64,000 nt of DNA from PVC group bacterium (GCA_024231215.1 JAAEQR010000195.1:78755-142754); one strand, 5' to 3'. Positions 31,350-41,915 are shown, counted from the first letter of the stretch. The notes: generated by a model from the sequence alone, not told the origin. A program made the numbers and translations.

Positions 31350-32177
31350 ATGGAGTATTTTTTATTAGCATTATTTCAAGGAGTGACTGAATTTGTCCCG
31401 GTATCCAGTTCCGGGCATTTAGTTTTTTTTCAGCGGATTTTTGGATTTGAAGAGCCGATGCTGGCCTTTGATATTATTTTGCATCTGGCGACTACATTAG
31501 CGGTTATCGTTTTTTTATACAAAGATCTTTGTGTAATGTTGAAAGAGGTTTTTTTAGCCTTAAAAAGTTGTATTAAAGGAAAGGCACTTCGTGAGGTTTG
31601 GAGGGAATTTACTTATTTAAGAATATGTGTATTCATGGCCGCAGCTTTAATACCGGCGATAATTATTGGAGTGGCTTTGAAAGATATAATTGAAAATTTA
31701 TTTGGCTCAATGAGGTTTGTCGGAATTGCGTTTATTATTACAGGTTGTGTATTGTTTATTACAAAACGGCTTTCCTCTAATAATAGAGAAATGAAAAATA
31801 TGAATATAAAAGATGCGTTAATTATTGGCATAGCCCAGGCTGCGGCAATAATGCCTGGTATTTCGCGTTCCGGGATGACGATTGCCTCGGGCATATTTCG
31901 CGGGCTGGATAAAAATGTAGCCGCACGATTTTCTTTCATGCTTTCTATCCCGACGATATTAGCGGCATCAGTATATCAGTTGAAAGACGGGCTAGGTGAG
32001 TTGGGGGTAAGTATGCCGGTAATGACGGGGTCTTTTTTAATTGCGTTTATTAGCGGATATATTGCTCTTGTGGTTTTATCAAAAATGATTTCTAAAGCAA
32101 AATTTCATTATTTTTCTTATTACTGCTGGACGATGGGAATAATAACTATCATTTTATCTATTGTTAAATATAACTAA
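31350..32177 (+). CDS. uppP: Undecaprenyl-diphosphate phosphatase
   Basis: QGVTEFVPVSSSGHL and PGISRSGMTI motifs; multi-pass membrane protein. Confidence 0.93.
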   Translation: MEYFLLALFQGVTEFVPVSSSGHLVFFQRIFGFEEPMLAFDIILHLATTLAVIVFLYKDLCVMLKEVFLALKSCIKGKALREVWREFTYLRICVFMAAALIPAIIIGVALKDIIENLFGSMRFVGIAFIITGCVLFITKRLSSNNREMKNMNIKDALIIGIAQAAAIMPGISRSGMTIASGIFRGLDKNVAARFSFMLSIPTILAASVYQLKDGLGELGVSMPVMTGSFLIAFISGYIALVVLSKMISKAKFHYFSYYCWTMGIITIILSIVKYN

Positions 32178-32190
32178 TTTATGAGATGGG

Positions 32191-33444
32191 GTGTATATGA
32201 AGGGTTCAGATTGTTTGGTTTTAATTCTCGGTGGAGGCAGGGGATCACGGCTTTATCCGTTAACATTAGAGAGAAGTAAACCAGCGATTGGTTTTGCCGG
32301 CAAGTATCGTATTATTGATATTCCGATTTCCAATTCAATTAATTCCGGGTTTAACAAAATTTTTATTTTGACTCAGTTTCTTGCGGCAAGCCTGCATGCG
32401 CATATCTTACATACTTATCGCTTTGATAATTTTTCTAAAGGATTTATAGAGATTCTTTCGGCGGAACAAAGTCATAAGAGTTTTGAATGGTTCCAGGGCA
32501 CAGCAGATGCTGTGCGTCGTGTAATTCGGCATATTCGTAATTTGCCGCAGAAATATATTTTGATTCTTTCCGGAGACCATTTGTATAAAATGGATTATAG
32601 ACAGCTTATGAATTCGCATGTCAAGAATAATGCCGAGCTGAGCATAGCTTCTATTTTTGTCGATGAACGAGAAGCAACACGCATGGGGATTATAGATTGC
32701 AATTCTTCAGGACAAATCACCAGCCTCATTGAAAAGCCTAAAAATCCAAAAAGATTAAAAATAAAATCCAGGCTTAAATCCCAGGAAGGGGATCAATATC
32801 TTGCGTCGATGGGTGTATATTTATTTAATAAAGATGTGCTTATTGATATTCTTTCAGGTACAACCGTAGAAGATTTTGGTAAGCATATACTTCCGATGAT
32901 GATAAAGAAGAAAAGAAAAGTATACAACTATAATTTTAAAGGATATTGGCGTGATATTGGGACTGTGGATAGTTATTATGATGCAAGCTTGGACTTAATT
33001 GGTAAAAAGCCGCAATTTGATTTGTTTGATGAAAACTGGCCGCTTTTTTCCCGTCCGCGGTTTTTACCACCAAGCCGTATTGTGGATTCAAATATTATAA
33101 ATGCGTTAATATCTGATGGATGCCGCTTGGATAAGGTGCATATTGAAAATTCACTTATTGGCTTGCGTAGTAAAATAAAAGAAAATACAAGAATAAAAGA
33201 TTCGATTATCATTGGTAACGATTATTATCAGAGATATTTTGGGGATAAACTGGTAAAGCCATATATTGGCAAGGGAGTGCTTATCGAGCGGGCGATTGTG
33301 GATAAAAATGTTTCAATTGGAGATTTCTGCCAGATTACGGATAAAAGCAATAGCCCTGATTGCGATAAAGATATTTATTATGTGCGGGATGGAATTACGA
33401 TAATCAGAAGAGGCGTAACTCTCCCGGCCCATACAATAATATAA
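32191..33444 (+). CDS. glgC: Glucose-1-phosphate adenylyltransferase
   Basis: GGRGSRLYPLT..RSKPA, WFQGTADAV, ILSGDHLYKMDY, ASMGVY, YWRDIGT. Confidence 0.92.
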   Translation: MYMKGSDCLVLILGGGRGSRLYPLTLERSKPAIGFAGKYRIIDIPISNSINSGFNKIFILTQFLAASLHAHILHTYRFDNFSKGFIEILSAEQSHKSFEWFQGTADAVRRVIRHIRNLPQKYILILSGDHLYKMDYRQLMNSHVKNNAELSIASIFVDEREATRMGIIDCNSSGQITSLIEKPKNPKRLKIKSRLKSQEGDQYLASMGVYLFNKDVLIDILSGTTVEDFGKHILPMMIKKKRKVYNYNFKGYWRDIGTVDSYYDASLDLIGKKPQFDLFDENWPLFSRPRFLPPSRIVDSNIINALISDGCRLDKVHIENSLIGLRSKIKENTRIKDSIIIGNDYYQRYFGDKLVKPYIGKGVLIERAIVDKNVSIGDFCQITDKSNSPDCDKDIYYVRDGITIIRRGVTLPAHTII

Positions 33445-33456
33445 AGGGGGTATCTA

Positions 33457-33681
33457 ATGGCGGTGAAGAAGAATTTAAGGAAAATTAACGCGGGGAAGGT
33501 AAAGATATTTAAAATCGCTAACCGGCGCGGCTATGCAGGTCTTTGCCTGAACAATCTTACCGAAGGCAATACAACTTATCAGGTATATCAGAGAATGGAG
33601 AAGGCGGTAAAAAGAAGAGGATATGAATTGCCTCAGATTACCGCAGATAAATCAAAACGTCTGATTGTCTCGAAAATATAA
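33457..33681 (+). CDS. Small basic hypothetical protein
   Basis: 74 aa, RBS aggggg, 12 nt after glgC. Confidence 0.65.
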   Translation: MAVKKNLRKINAGKVKIFKIANRRGYAGLCLNNLTEGNTTYQVYQRMEKAVKRRGYELPQITADKSKRLIVSKI

Positions 33682-33899
33682 TAAATCTGGATTGATTCTA
33701 TCTTTTTAAAAGATGAAACGAAGCAATCTTTTTATTTGCAATGGGTTATGTTCTATTAAATTTTTCTTGTCAATTAACGGGTTATCTGGTAAAATAGCTT
33801 AGCATTTAAAGAGATGTCAATCTTAGAAGTCCTGCCTTATTTAACTATCATAAAATTAAGATGTTATGAATATTATAATTACGAGAGGTAAATGATAAT

Positions 33900-34556
33900 A
33901 TGTATAAGCAAACACGCGCTTTGAATAAAATAGATGATAAGATGGCCTTGGCCGAAGAGGGAAGCTTGAGGTACTCCATTCTTGAATGTGTGAAAAGTTT
34001 TAAAAGCTCCTGGATTGAGTTGGGGCAGTATTTGATGACTGTGCACAGAGACAAGACATATAAGGAATGGGATTACATGACTTTTGAAGCTTATTGCACA
34101 AAAGAGATTGGGATTAGGAAGCAGACAGCGATGAAACTTTTGCGATCCTATTATTTCTTAGAACAGGAAGAGCCGGAATATTTAAATAAGGAAAGTTTGA
34201 CGGCAAAAGACCCTCAGAATATTCCTTCTTATGAATCGGTGAATGTTTTGCGTCAGGCAAAAAATAATAAAGAGCTGGGAATTGCAGACTATAGAGAAAT
34301 TAAAAGAAAAGTTTTAGAAGAAGGTAATCCGGAAAGAGAAGTAAAAGATGTTTATCGTCAGATGGTAAGATCGATCCAGGAAGAAGTTGATGATCCAGAG
34401 ACCGCCAGAAAAAAAAGACGTATGATGCATGTGCAGCGTATGCTGGGGTCTTTGAATTCCATAAAAAGAGAAGCGGAAATGAATAAGTTCTTGTCCGGGC
34501 CAGTACTTAAAGAGTTAGAAAAGATTATAGAGAAGATAAAAGTAGAAGTTTCCTAA
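33900..34556 (+). CDS. Hypothetical protein (possible DUF3102-like helical/HTH N-terminal region)
   Basis: WIELGQYL...YKEWDYMTFEAYCTKEIGIRKQTAMKL pattern; RBS gaggt; coiled-coil C-terminus. Confidence 0.6.
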   Translation: MYKQTRALNKIDDKMALAEEGSLRYSILECVKSFKSSWIELGQYLMTVHRDKTYKEWDYMTFEAYCTKEIGIRKQTAMKLLRSYYFLEQEEPEYLNKESLTAKDPQNIPSYESVNVLRQAKNNKELGIADYREIKRKVLEEGNPEREVKDVYRQMVRSIQEEVDDPETARKKRRMMHVQRMLGSLNSIKREAEMNKFLSGPVLKELEKIIEKIKVEVS

Positions 34557-34571
34557 TAAATATACGGAGGG

Positions 34572-36209
34572 ATGATGGTTGTTAGAGATTTAGTGTTTGG
34601 TTTGATGGGTGGGTTGGGATTATTTATTTACGGCATTCATCTTATGGGTGAAGGGCTTCAAAACGCGGCAGGTGACCGGTTGCGACGCTGCTTAAAAGTG
34701 CTTACAAAAAATACCCTTGTTGGGACCACCGTCGGAGCTTTCATTACGGCGCTCATTCAAAGTTCATCGGCAACGACGGTTATGGTGATCGGTTTTGTAA
34801 ACGCCGGATTAATGGCTTTACGTCAGGCAATTTGTATTATATTAGGTGCACATATCGGAACTACAATTACAGCACAGATTATTGCCTTTAAATTAACAGA
34901 GTATGCATTGCCTGCTATAGCGATTGGAGCATGTTTATATTTGTTTGTAAATAAGCGGTTCTGGCGTTACTTTGGATTGTTTGTACTCGGAATTGGTGTT
35001 TTGTTTTTAGGATTGAATATAATGACCTCCGGAATAAAGCCTTTAGCTGGTGATCCGATGATCAAAGAAATATTTGTTAACTTTAGCAAAAATCCAGTTT
35101 TAGGAGTACTAACAGGGGCAATGTTAACAGCATTGTTTCAAAGTTCAAGTGTAACAACCGGTATGGTGATTGGTTTCGCGTGCATTGGACTCTTTGATTT
35201 AAAAGGAGCAATCCCGTTGGTTTTTGGCTGTAATATCGGCACATGTATTACGGCACTTTTGGCTTCTATCGGAGCGACTATTTCGGCTAAAAGAGCAGCT
35301 TTTGCACATATTTTAATTCAAATTATTGGTACAATTGTTTTTTTACCAACACTCCCTTTTTATTATAAACTAATTGCTTATACATCAAATGATCTTGCTC
35401 GTCAGATAGCAAATGCGCATACCATTTTTAATATACTGACTACTTTACTTTTTCTTCCCTTTGTTGGCATATTTACCCAGTTTGTTATAAAGATGTTTCC
35501 AGGCAAAGATGTTATTATCGATACTCGGCCTAAATTCCTAGAAAAACATCTGTTAAATACTTCGCATGCAGCACTTGATGCTTCTATAAAAGAAATTGTT
35601 CGGATGCTTGAACTTGCACAAAGCATGGTTGTTGATGCAATGAAGGGATTTGTAAAACAGGATCAGCGGGCACTTGAGCTTATTCCTAAAAAAGAAGTAG
35701 CCGTAGATAATCTTCAGGAGGCTATAACTGGTTATCTTATGGAATTAATGCAAAGAGAGATATCTCCTGAAATTGCAAGTAAAATACCATCTCTTTTGCA
35801 TACGGTTAATGATATTGAGAGAGTTGGAGATCACTCGGAAAATCTTATGGAACTTGCGGAGAGAAAGATTACTTCTTCTTTTCCTTTTTCCGAGGCAGCA
35901 ATGAAGGAGCTTCAAGAGATGTTTTCGCTTGTTGACAGAATGTCCGAAGGTGTAAGGACAGCTCTTGACTCCAATAGCATAAATGACGCAAAAGTGGTAT
36001 TGGATTTGGAAAAGCAGGTGGATAAGCTTACTCAGCAGTTGCGGGAAAATCATATAAATCGATTATCTAGCGGGAACTGTAAGGTTCTTTCCGGGATTAT
36101 CTTCCTGGATACGATTAGTAATTTTGAAAAGATTGCGGATCATCTGACTAATGTGGCGCAGGCTGTTATCGGTAAGTTACAATGGCAGAATGAACTTCCT
36201 GGGGCGTAA
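34572..36209 (+). CDS. Na/Pi cotransporter family protein with C-terminal PhoU domains
   Basis: GGLGLFIYG, two QSSS motifs, GAHIGTT/GCNIGT, DIERVGDH and FEKIADH PhoU repeats. Confidence 0.92.
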   Translation: MMVVRDLVFGLMGGLGLFIYGIHLMGEGLQNAAGDRLRRCLKVLTKNTLVGTTVGAFITALIQSSSATTVMVIGFVNAGLMALRQAICIILGAHIGTTITAQIIAFKLTEYALPAIAIGACLYLFVNKRFWRYFGLFVLGIGVLFLGLNIMTSGIKPLAGDPMIKEIFVNFSKNPVLGVLTGAMLTALFQSSSVTTGMVIGFACIGLFDLKGAIPLVFGCNIGTCITALLASIGATISAKRAAFAHILIQIIGTIVFLPTLPFYYKLIAYTSNDLARQIANAHTIFNILTTLLFLPFVGIFTQFVIKMFPGKDVIIDTRPKFLEKHLLNTSHAALDASIKEIVRMLELAQSMVVDAMKGFVKQDQRALELIPKKEVAVDNLQEAITGYLMELMQREISPEIASKIPSLLHTVNDIERVGDHSENLMELAERKITSSFPFSEAAMKELQEMFSLVDRMSEGVRTALDSNSINDAKVVLDLEKQVDKLTQQLRENHINRLSSGNCKVLSGIIFLDTISNFEKIADHLTNVAQAVIGKLQWQNELPGA

Positions 36210-36229
36210 TTTCCAGGTTGAAAATTACT

Positions 36230-36258
36230 TTGACATTATTTAGATAATGGGTTATTAT
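36230..36258 (+). promoter_or_regulatory. Sigma70-type promoter of mgtE
   Basis: TTGACA, 17-nt spacer, TATTAT. Confidence 0.55.
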
Positions 36259-36313
36259 CGGGTATAGAGAGAAATAATTCGTATCTTTATTGTTTTTATT
36301 GGGTTAGGATAAT

Positions 36314-37705
36314 ATGAGTGATCAAAATAATAAAACACCACCAAACATAGCTAGGCTTTTTATTCCGGAGATAAAAACACTTCTGGAGGCTAAAAAGTTT
36401 TCCGGGGTGAAAACAATTCTTTCGGAAATCCCGTCTATTGATATCGCGGAACGCTGGCATGAATTTTCCGAAAAGGAAAAACAATTGATTTTTAAGATGC
36501 TGGCGGCGGATCTTGCGGTCGAAGTGTTTGAATTTCTGGAGTTTGAAGAGCAGTCTTTCCTTTTAAATAATCTAGATAATCAAGAAGTATCAAATGTCTT
36601 GAATGAGATGTCTACGGATGACCGCGCCGATCTTTTTAAAGATTTGCCTCCGGAAGTAATTAAGAAATTTTTCCGATTGATGAAAAAGGAAGAGGTTGAA
36701 GATGTTCGTGAATTGATGACTTATGAGGAAGGTACCGCCGGCGCGATCATGAACACTGATTTTGCCGAATTGAAAAGAGAAATGAGCGCACGCGCGGCAA
36801 TATTAAAACTTCAGGACAGTTTGAGTTTTGATCATGACTTAGATATTACTTCCAATTTTGTTACCGATGCCGATGGTAAATTGCTGGGAGTTGTGCAGCT
36901 GCCGGATCTGATGAAATCTCCGCCGGATATGCTTATTAAAAATATCATGGAGAATGTAGAGTTTATAAAAGTTGATGAGTATACTCCGGAAGAAGATGCA
37001 GCCCAGATTTTTAAGCGCTACGATTTAAATATTGCTCCGGTAATTAATAAGAGCAATGAATTAGTCGGGATTATAACTGTTGATGATATCGTTGATGTTA
37101 TGGAGCAGGAGGCAACCGAAGATTTTGAAAAAATTGCTGCGGTTCTTCCGGTAGAAGAGCCTTATATGGAGGCTGATTTTTTTAAGCTTGTATGGAAAAG
37201 GAGTTTTTGGCTGGTTCTTTTGGTTGTATTCGAGTCGATGTCTGCTTGTATTTTGAAAATGAATCATCTCGCGATTAATAATATGCTTGCTTTGACATTT
37301 TTTGTGCCTGTATTGATCGCGATGGGTGGTAATGCCGGCACACAATCAGCGACGATTATTATCCGAAGTTTAGCGGTTGGGGATATAGGAGTTAAAGATT
37401 TTCTTAAAGTTGTTTTCAGGGAATCTCTTCTAGGTGTATGTATGGGGTTGATCCTTGCGGTTGTCGGATCTGTAATCGTGTCGCTGATGGAAAATAACTG
37501 GCATTTGAGTTTAGCGGTAGGTATTTCTATGGGCGTGACGGTGATTTTAGCAGCGACCTTAGGAGCAGGCCTGCCGATAATTTTTCGTAAATTTAAATTG
37601 GATCCAGCGCTTATGAGCGGACCTTTAATTGCTACGATTGTTGATATTGTGGGATTAATTATATATTTTAAGGTCGCGCAGTTAATCCTGCCTATACTGC
37701 CATAA
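36314..37705 (+). CDS. mgtE: Magnesium transporter MgtE
   Basis: N-domain, CBS pair (GIITVDDIVD), GGNAGTQS, DPALMSGPLIATIVD. Confidence 0.93.
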   Translation: MSDQNNKTPPNIARLFIPEIKTLLEAKKFSGVKTILSEIPSIDIAERWHEFSEKEKQLIFKMLAADLAVEVFEFLEFEEQSFLLNNLDNQEVSNVLNEMSTDDRADLFKDLPPEVIKKFFRLMKKEEVEDVRELMTYEEGTAGAIMNTDFAELKREMSARAAILKLQDSLSFDHDLDITSNFVTDADGKLLGVVQLPDLMKSPPDMLIKNIMENVEFIKVDEYTPEEDAAQIFKRYDLNIAPVINKSNELVGIITVDDIVDVMEQEATEDFEKIAAVLPVEEPYMEADFFKLVWKRSFWLVLLVVFESMSACILKMNHLAINNMLALTFFVPVLIAMGGNAGTQSATIIIRSLAVGDIGVKDFLKVVFRESLLGVCMGLILAVVGSVIVSLMENNWHLSLAVGISMGVTVILAATLGAGLPIIFRKFKLDPALMSGPLIATIVDIVGLIIYFKVAQLILPILP

Positions 37706-37709
37706 TCTT

Positions 37710-38423
37710 ATGAAATTATACGGAAAAAACCCAGTTATTGAACGGATTAAAGCAAATTCAAAAAGTATAGAAAAAATATATTTTAATTTAAATAATAACG
37801 TAGAAGATATCTGCGAGTTAGCCCGATCTAAGCATATTCGGTGTGAGTTTTTAAAGGAGAGAGAATTTCTTAAATTGGCGGGGAAGCATCAAACGCAGGG
37901 GGTTATTGCCGAAATCGAAGAGTTTGCTTATGCGAGCCTGGAAGATTTTTTGGATTTACCAGATAATGAGAAATACACTTTAATCGCTTTAAGTAGTATT
38001 ACTGACCCGCAGAATTTAGGTTCTATCTTAAGAACAACGGCTTGTTTTGGCAAAAACGCACTGATTATTCCCCGGCATAAAGCGGTTTCAGTAAATGAAA
38101 CAGTTTTAAAAGTAGCTTGTGGGGGAGAGAATTATGTGCCGGTGATCCAAGTGACGAATCTTGTCCCGGCTTTGGAAAAAGCAAAAAAGGCTGGTTACTG
38201 GGTAGCGGGTGCTGTTGTTGACGGTGGAGAGGATCTTGCTAAGTTTGAATTTACTCCTCCGGTATGTTTAGTGATTGGTTCTGAAGGTGAAGGGATTCGT
38301 AAAGGCGTAGTTGAAAAACTTGATTTTAAGTTGTCATTACCAATGCCTGGAGCAAATCTTTCGTTGAATGCCGGGGTGGCTTGTGCCATCTTTTGTTATG
38401 AAATTGTCCGGCAGCGCAAATAG
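37710..38423 (+). CDS. rlmB: 23S rRNA (Gm2251) 2'-O-methyltransferase RlmB (TrmH/SPOUT family)
   Basis: YGKNPV.E, QGVIA, ITDPQNLGSILRT, IGSEGEG, SLNAGVA. Confidence 0.88.
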   Translation: MKLYGKNPVIERIKANSKSIEKIYFNLNNNVEDICELARSKHIRCEFLKEREFLKLAGKHQTQGVIAEIEEFAYASLEDFLDLPDNEKYTLIALSSITDPQNLGSILRTTACFGKNALIIPRHKAVSVNETVLKVACGGENYVPVIQVTNLVPALEKAKKAGYWVAGAVVDGGEDLAKFEFTPPVCLVIGSEGEGIRKGVVEKLDFKLSLPMPGANLSLNAGVACAIFCYEIVRQRK

Positions 38424-38484
38424 GGGTAATATATACTGATGACCAGGTATGTATCGAAAAATAGCAAGAAAAAGCAGATAGCCC

Positions 38485-38862
38485 ATGCAGTTTAAAAACA
38501 GTTTTGTTATTGAGCTTTTGATTGTACTGATGCTTTTACCGGGGGTGGGGTATGCTAATAGTCAGGAAAATGGACAAATCCCCAAACGTACATATATTTC
38601 ACTGCCTTGGGCAACGACAGTCAATCAACCGAAAAAAAAGAAAGAGGGCTATCCGGATAAAAGAAAGATATCTCCTGAGACGGTGCGTTTAACGGTAAAT
38701 GAATATTATGTACCGCATATCTCAGAGCTCTTAAATAAGGGGGTTGATTACTTTGAATGGCTAAATAAGCTTGATGATCCCTACTTGAACAGATATAAGA
38801 TTGATATTAGGGTTGATCCGGCTGATGAGCGTTTTAAGTTGTTTTGGAAGAGGCAGTTCTAG
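38485..38862 (+). CDS. Exported hypothetical protein
   Basis: Signal peptide (GYA-N); ends in FWKRQF. Confidence 0.55.
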   Translation: MQFKNSFVIELLIVLMLLPGVGYANSQENGQIPKRTYISLPWATTVNQPKKKKEGYPDKRKISPETVRLTVNEYYVPHISELLNKGVDYFEWLNKLDDPYLNRYKIDIRVDPADERFKLFWKRQF

Positions 38863-38972
38863 AGTTACTGTCTTATAATTTCTTGACGATATTTTTAAAT
38901 AATGATATACTTAATCAAGACTTAATTGTATCCCTGAGGGGGGGCATTATTTGTTCATTAAAGGAGGTAAAA

Positions 38973-39350
38973 ATGTTGCGAAGATATTTGATCTGTGGGA
39001 TTGCCTGTTTACTTATGATTGTTTGTTGTTATAATACGGGTATTATTTTTGCGCAACAAGAAGCAGAAAATAAAATCACTAAATCATCGATAACTTCTAT
39101 TCCCCATAAACAAAAGATTTATGGGATAGTTGGGGAAGTGGAATATGTTGATTTCAAGAAAAAGGGTAAGTCTGTTGTTTCTGTCAAGAATAAGAAAGGC
39201 GAAACCGCGGAAGTTTTTTTGAAAGATTTGCAGGATGGAGCGACTGTTTTAGTTACATATCGTAAAGTTAAAGACAGTAAAGGTAATGAGCAAAATACTC
39301 TTATTTCGATGAGTGTTATTAAGGGTATTGACGATAAACAGAAAGAATAG
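38973..39350 (+). CDS. Exported hypothetical protein
   Basis: ATG 38973 follows a perfect RBS aaggaggt; signal peptide (IFA-Q); beta-rich mature region. Confidence 0.65.
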   Translation: MLRRYLICGIACLLMIVCCYNTGIIFAQQEAENKITKSSITSIPHKQKIYGIVGEVEYVDFKKKGKSVVSVKNKKGETAEVFLKDLQDGATVLVTYRKVKDSKGNEQNTLISMSVIKGIDDKQKE

Positions 39351-39376
39351 GTATTATACTATTTAATTAATGATTT

Positions 39377-39423
39377 TTAAAAGTGTAGAGATGGATCAGG
39401 TTAAAATATCTCTACACTTTTAA
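39377..39423 (+). terminator. 16-bp perfect inverted repeat (likely terminator) upstream of the tRNA cluster
   Basis: ttaaaagtgtagagat-N15-atctctacacttttaa. Confidence 0.6.
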
Positions 39424-39461
39424 TCTATTATGTTCTTTGGAAAAATAGAATGCAGTTTGTC

Positions 39462-39539
39462 CGGGGCGTGGCTCAGCTTGGCTAGAGCGCCTGGTTTGGG
39501 ACCAGGAAGTCACAGGTTCAAATCCTGTCGCCCCGACCA
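39462..39539 (+). tRNA. tRNA-Pro(TGG)
   Basis: CGGGGCG acceptor stem, anticodon arm cctgg-tt TGG ga-ccagg, GGTTCAAATCC T-arm, encoded CCA. Confidence 0.97.
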
Positions 39540-39596
39540 TTTAGTTTATAGTCAATATTAATAGAAACATTTTACTAGTGACTATAAACTAATCAT

Positions 39597-39673
<77 letters not shown>

Positions 39674-39680
39674 TCTATGA

Positions 39681-39739
39681 AGTTACAAGTTACAGATTAT
39701 GAGTGACAAGTTGTAATTTGTCATTTGTAATTCGTAACT
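39681..39739. repeat. Heptamer-periodic inverted repeat in the tRNA spacer
   Basis: agttaca agttaca gattatg agtgaca ... tgtaatt tgtcatt tgtaatt cgtaact. Confidence 0.6.
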
Positions 39740-39749
39740 ATTTTAATAT

Positions 39750-39827
39750 GGTGGGTGTAGCTCAGTTGGTTAGAGCACATGATTGTGGTTCATGATGTCG
39801 TGGGTTCGAATCCCATCATCCACCCCA
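39750..39827 (+). tRNA. tRNA-His(GTG)
   Basis: Encoded G-1 with C73, catga-tt GTG gt-tcatg, GGTTCGAATCC, CCA. Confidence 0.97.
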
Positions 39828-39891
39828 AAAAATTTACACAATTCCCTTATTAGATAAAGGGTTTAAACACAAAAGAAAGACAGGAAATTAT

Positions 39892-40971
39892 ATGACAAGC
39901 AAATTAAAACCGCTTATGCTCGGCGGATTAGAAGTTAAAGTGCCAATTTTCCAAGGCGGAATGGGTGTCATGATATCCAGGGCACCTTTGGCTGCAGCTG
40001 TGGCAGATTATGGCGGAGCTGGTACTATTGCTAGTGTTGGTTTAGGATATGGTACAGATGAAAATGAAGCTAATTTTGTAAGGGCATCACGTGAAGGATT
40101 ACAAAAAGAGATTCGTAATGCTAAGGAATTGACAAAGGGCGTTGTTGGCGTTAATATACTGTTTGCGTTGAGCAACTATGAAGATTTGGCCAAAACTGCG
40201 GTTGAAGAAAAAACTGATTTTATTGTTTCCGGAGCTGGGCTTCCCTTGAAACTTCCGGAAGTTGCCGAAGGATCAGATGTAAAACTTATTCCCATTGTTT
40301 CCTCCCCGAGAGCGGCTGATATTATTATTAAAACCTGGAAAAAAAGATATAATCGCTTACCTGATGCGATTGTTGTCGAGGGGCCTTTGGCCGGAGGACA
40401 TTTAGGATTTAAATTTCAAGAATTAGAAGCGGTTAATGAATATAAACTTGAAGATATTTTTCAAGATGTTTTAAAAGTGGTTCAGGGATATATAGAACAG
40501 TATAAGACACCTATTCCGTTAATTGCTGCAGGAGGAATATTTACCGGTAAAGATATTGCGAAGTTTATTTCTATGGGGGCTTCTGGAGTTCAAGTAGCTA
40601 CTCGTTTTGTAGCTACGCATGAATGTACGGTGACCGAAGAGTTTAAGAAGTTATACTTAGCGGCAAAAGAAGAAGATGTCGGGATCATAAAGAGTCCGGT
40701 GGGAATGCCGGGCAGGGTTATTAAAACTAAATTTACCCAGCGCATATTAGAAGGAGAAAGAGATGCGATAAGATGTAATTATCGCTGTCTTAAAACATGC
40801 GATCCTAAAACAGTACCGTATTGCATAGCTAAAGCTTTATTTAATGCGGTAAGTGGTAATTTAGATAGTGCGGTTGTTTTTGCCGGAAGTAATGTTAGTA
40901 AAGTGGACAAGGTGGTGTCAGTAAAAGAACTGATGGATGAGCTTGTCCAGGAAACAGAGATGTCTTTATAA
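39892..40971 (+). CDS. Nitronate monooxygenase / FabK-like flavin oxidoreductase
   Basis: PIFQGGMGV, SGAGLP, VVEGPLAGGHLG, IAAGGI, GVQVATRF, SPVGMPGR, C-x3-C-x3-C motif. Confidence 0.88.
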   Translation: MTSKLKPLMLGGLEVKVPIFQGGMGVMISRAPLAAAVADYGGAGTIASVGLGYGTDENEANFVRASREGLQKEIRNAKELTKGVVGVNILFALSNYEDLAKTAVEEKTDFIVSGAGLPLKLPEVAEGSDVKLIPIVSSPRAADIIIKTWKKRYNRLPDAIVVEGPLAGGHLGFKFQELEAVNEYKLEDIFQDVLKVVQGYIEQYKTPIPLIAAGGIFTGKDIAKFISMGASGVQVATRFVATHECTVTEEFKKLYLAAKEEDVGIIKSPVGMPGRVIKTKFTQRILEGERDAIRCNYRCLKTCDPKTVPYCIAKALFNAVSGNLDSAVVFAGSNVSKVDKVVSVKELMDELVQETEMSL

Positions 40972-40991
40972 AAAAGACAGGGGTTGATAGG

Positions 40992-41363
40992 ATGGTTGAA
41001 AAAAGAAAGCATACGCGTTTAAATGCGACGATCGATGGGGAATTTCAGGTTAAAGATAGTGGAATTGCCGGGATGATGATGCTTTCTAATGTTAGCTGGG
41101 AAGGATTTAAAGCAACTTTAAATCAACCAGTGTCTCAAGGCAAGACTATTGAGTGTGAGATGCGTTTTCCGCAGAGTATTATGCCATTCTTCATAGCTGG
41201 TAAAGTAATCTGGATTAAAGAAAAAGGCACAGGTTATGATGCAGGCATCCAATTAGAAACAATTGATTCACTTGAACGTCAGAGACTGCTGGATCATGCA
41301 TTTGAAACTTCAACTTTAGAAAAAGTAGCTGTAAATATTCCGCAAGAAGAAATTCAACCCTAG
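40992..41363 (+). CDS. PilZ domain protein (c-di-GMP receptor-like)
   Basis: EKRKHTR (RxxxR) and NVSWEG (D/NxSxxG) motifs; GKVIW. Confidence 0.8.
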   Translation: MVEKRKHTRLNATIDGEFQVKDSGIAGMMMLSNVSWEGFKATLNQPVSQGKTIECEMRFPQSIMPFFIAGKVIWIKEKGTGYDAGIQLETIDSLERQRLLDHAFETSTLEKVAVNIPQEEIQP

Positions 41364-41426
41364 CCCGCCTTTTTACTATATTAATTAAAATTAATATGTC
41401 TGTGTGAATTAAGGAAGTATTGCCGA

Positions 41427-41915
41427 ATGCAAATTATAAAGAAAAGAAGATCAATTCGCCGCTATTCTGATAAGCCTGTTTTAAAAGAAGATATACAAGC
41501 AATTATCGAAGCTGGAATATGGGCGCCATCAGGACTTAATAATCAGCCTTGGCGGTTTAAAATTGTTGCTAATAAAAAACAGAAAGACGGATTAGCGCAA
41601 TTTACTAAATACGGACATATAATTAAAAGCGCACCGATTTCTGTTTGCATTTTTTTGGATAAAAGTGTAATGTATAATCGTGATAAAGATATAATGGCTA
41701 TTGGTGCTTGCATCCAAAATATGCTTTTACAGGCTTATGAATTAAATATTGGAACTTGCTGGCTGGGGGAAATACTTAACCAGCGGGAAGCTGTGGAAAA
41801 ATATCTGGAACTAAACACTGATTATGAGCTTATGGCTGTAATTACATTTGGCTATAGCGATAAGATGGATGGGCAAGGAAGTCGTAAAAAAATAGAAAGT
41901 TTTATTATTAAGTAG
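41427..41915 (+). CDS. Nitroreductase family protein
   Basis: IKKRRSIRRY, APSGLNNQPWRF, QNMLLQAYELNIGTCWLG. Confidence 0.92.
   Translation: MQIIKKRRSIRRYSDKPVLKEDIQAIIEAGIWAPSGLNNQPWRFKIVANKKQKDGLAQFTKYGHIIKSAPISVCIFLDKSVMYNRDKDIMAIGACIQNMLLQAYELNIGTCWLGEILNQREAVEKYLELNTDYELMAVITFGYSDKMDGQGSRKKIESFIIK

Noticed and set aside
36210-36313. M-box (Mg2+) riboswitch upstream of mgtE
   Set aside because: Only about 50 nt lie between the predicted promoter and the start codon, AT-rich and unstructured, which is too short for an M-box.
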